A DNA stretch of 64,000 nt from Trueperaceae bacterium (GTDB lineage Bacteria; Deinococcota; Deinococci; Deinococcales; Trueperaceae), in contig JAXHLW010000013.1 of the NCBI GenBank assembly GCA_034521815.1, forward strand, positions 384,001 through 448,000. The letters run 5' to 3'. Each line of letters starts with the position of its first letter. Within the stretch, counting starts at the first letter, position 1. The position numbers and the translations under genes were made by a program. Below are positions 62,957 through 64,000 of this stretch, one piece after another. The notes beneath the pieces were generated by a model. It was not told the DNA's origin. It saw only the letters and a list, made by a program, of their open reading frames with translations, and ran no database searches.

Positions 62957-63464
62957 GCGCGACGAGGCGCTGATCGCGCTCGGGGCGAACCTGGGCGACC
63001 GGGCCGCCTCGTTGCGACGCGCCGTCGTCGCGCTCGCGTCGTTGGGCCGCGTGCGTCGTCGCTCGGGCATCTACCGCACGGCTCCTGTCGGGGGTCCAGA
63101 GGGGCAGCCCGACTACCTGAACGCCGTGGTCGCCCTGCTCCCGAACACCGAGCTCGACGAACCCACGGCGCTCTTGGCCGCGCTCCACCGGATCGAGGAC
63201 GAGCTGGGCCGCACGCGAAGGATCCGCTGGGAGGCGAGGGTGCTGGATCTGGACCTGATCGCCGTCGGCGACACCGTTCGCGACGGTCCCGACGTCGTGC
63301 TTCCGCATCCGGCCGTGATGGAGCGACCGTTCGTGCTGGTGCCGCTGCTGGACGTGGCGCCCGACTGGCGGAATCCGCGCGACGGACGGCGCGCGGCAGC
63401 GGTGGTAGCGGAGCTGGACAGCGACGACGTGCGCCCCTCGGGGCTGTCCTGGACGACACGGTAG
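62949..63464 (+). CDS. folK: 2-amino-4-hydroxy-6-hydroxymethyldihydropteridine pyrophosphokinase; start codon non-canonical or uncertain
   Basis: ALIALGANLGDR, YRTAPVG, QPDYLNAV, IEDELGRTR..RWEARVLDLDLI, LPHP...RPFVLVPL. The 5' end is placed at a GTC 8 nt after GGAGGT. Confidence 0.88.
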   Translation, partial: VAERDEALIALGANLGDRAASLRRAVVALASLGRVRRRSGIYRTAPVGGPEGQPDYLNAVVALLPNTELDEPTALLAALHRIEDELGRTRRIRWEARVLDLDLIAVGDTVRDGPDVVLPHPAVMERPFVLVPLLDVAPDWRNPRDGRRAAAVVAELDSDDVRPSGLSWTTR

Positions 63465-63476
63465 ACTGCAGCCCGC

Positions 63477-64000
63477 ATGCGCGTCCTGGCCATCGCCGAT
63501 CCCCATCTTTCCCGCCGCGACCCGAAGCCGATGGACGTGTTCGGTCCGGGCTGGGAGGGGCATCCCGAGTCGTTCTTCGCAGGCTGGCGCGAGGTCGTCC
63601 GCGACGACGACCTGGTGCTGATTCCCGGCGACCTGTCGTGGGCGATGCGTTTGGAGGACGCGCTGAGCGACCTGCACGACATCGCCGCGTTGCCGGGGAC
63701 GAAGGTCATCCTGCGCGGGAATCACGACTACTGGTGGCCGTCGATCGGGAAGCTACGGGCGGCACTGCCCCCCGGGATGCATGCGATCCAGAACGATGCG
63801 CTCCGGATCGGTGGGGTGGTGATCGCGGGAACGCGTGGCTGGACCTGTCCGGGGAGCCACGAGTTCGGCGACCACGACGAGAAGATCTACCGGCGGGAGC
63901 TCGATCGTCTGGACCTGTCGCTGACGCGTGCCCAGGAGCTACGCAGGCCGGGCGACCTGTCGGTGGTGATGTTGCACTATCCGCCGACGAACCCGCGGTT
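63477..64000 (+). CDS. Calcineurin-like metallophosphoesterase, 3'-truncated by the window edge
   Basis: [47 protein letters not shown]. Confidence 0.88.
   Translation, partial: MRVLAIADPHLSRRDPKPMDVFGPGWEGHPESFFAGWREVVRDDDLVLIPGDLSWAMRLEDALSDLHDIAALPGTKVILRGNHDYWWPSIGKLRAALPPGMHAIQNDALRIGGVVIAGTRGWTCPGSHEFGDHDEKIYRRELDRLDLSLTRAQELRRPGDLSVVMLHYPPTNPR

Overview
A very GC-rich, gene-dense core-chromosome window. The organism is most likely a Deinococcota bacterium (Truepera-like). This is inferred from the GluRS HVGT/KISKR motifs, the Thermus/Deinococcus-like FtsY and arginase, futalosine-pathway mqnB, and a TANNNT -10 box 5-8 nt upstream of about 25 start codons (leaderless genes). Contents in order: an Aap/Bzt-type amino-acid ABC operon (frameshifted only in the first ~3.5 kb, probably contig-end error), pilT-family ATPase, rimO, folC, serS, gatC, a putative metal/envelope operon (amidase, YtkA-like lipoprotein, polyferredoxin membrane protein, M15 peptidase, CopC/YtkA-like protein, DUF554), phoU/phoBR, arginase, zwf, tyrS, pfkA, three-gene pnt, clpB, asnB, M16C peptidase, TPR protein, rqcH, fba, mqnB, ftsY, gltX, uppP, rplM-rpsI, nrdR, bactofilin, accDA, rpe, sulfurtransferase, gabT, rsmJ-like, three tRNAs (Gln-TTG, Gln-CTG, Ser-CGA), upp, wecA-like, wecB, a folP-folB fusion, folK and a partial metallophosphoesterase. 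I see no mobile element, prophage, CRISPR array or defence island, and I cannot claim a confirmed new system. The best leads are: (1) a ~200-aa SdrD-B-like Ca-binding domain inserted into the AapQ permease; (2) divergent promoters sharing an identical 17-bp element that link the M16C peptidase to TPR-rqcH; (3) the putative copper/Fe-S envelope operon; (4) mirror-symmetric Pho-box promoters; (5) an FCB-group-type serS; (6) folP-folB fused, followed by a folK with no canonical start codon; (7) pervasive 12-18 bp tandem duplications at gene ends. All calls come from manual motif recognition; no searches were run.
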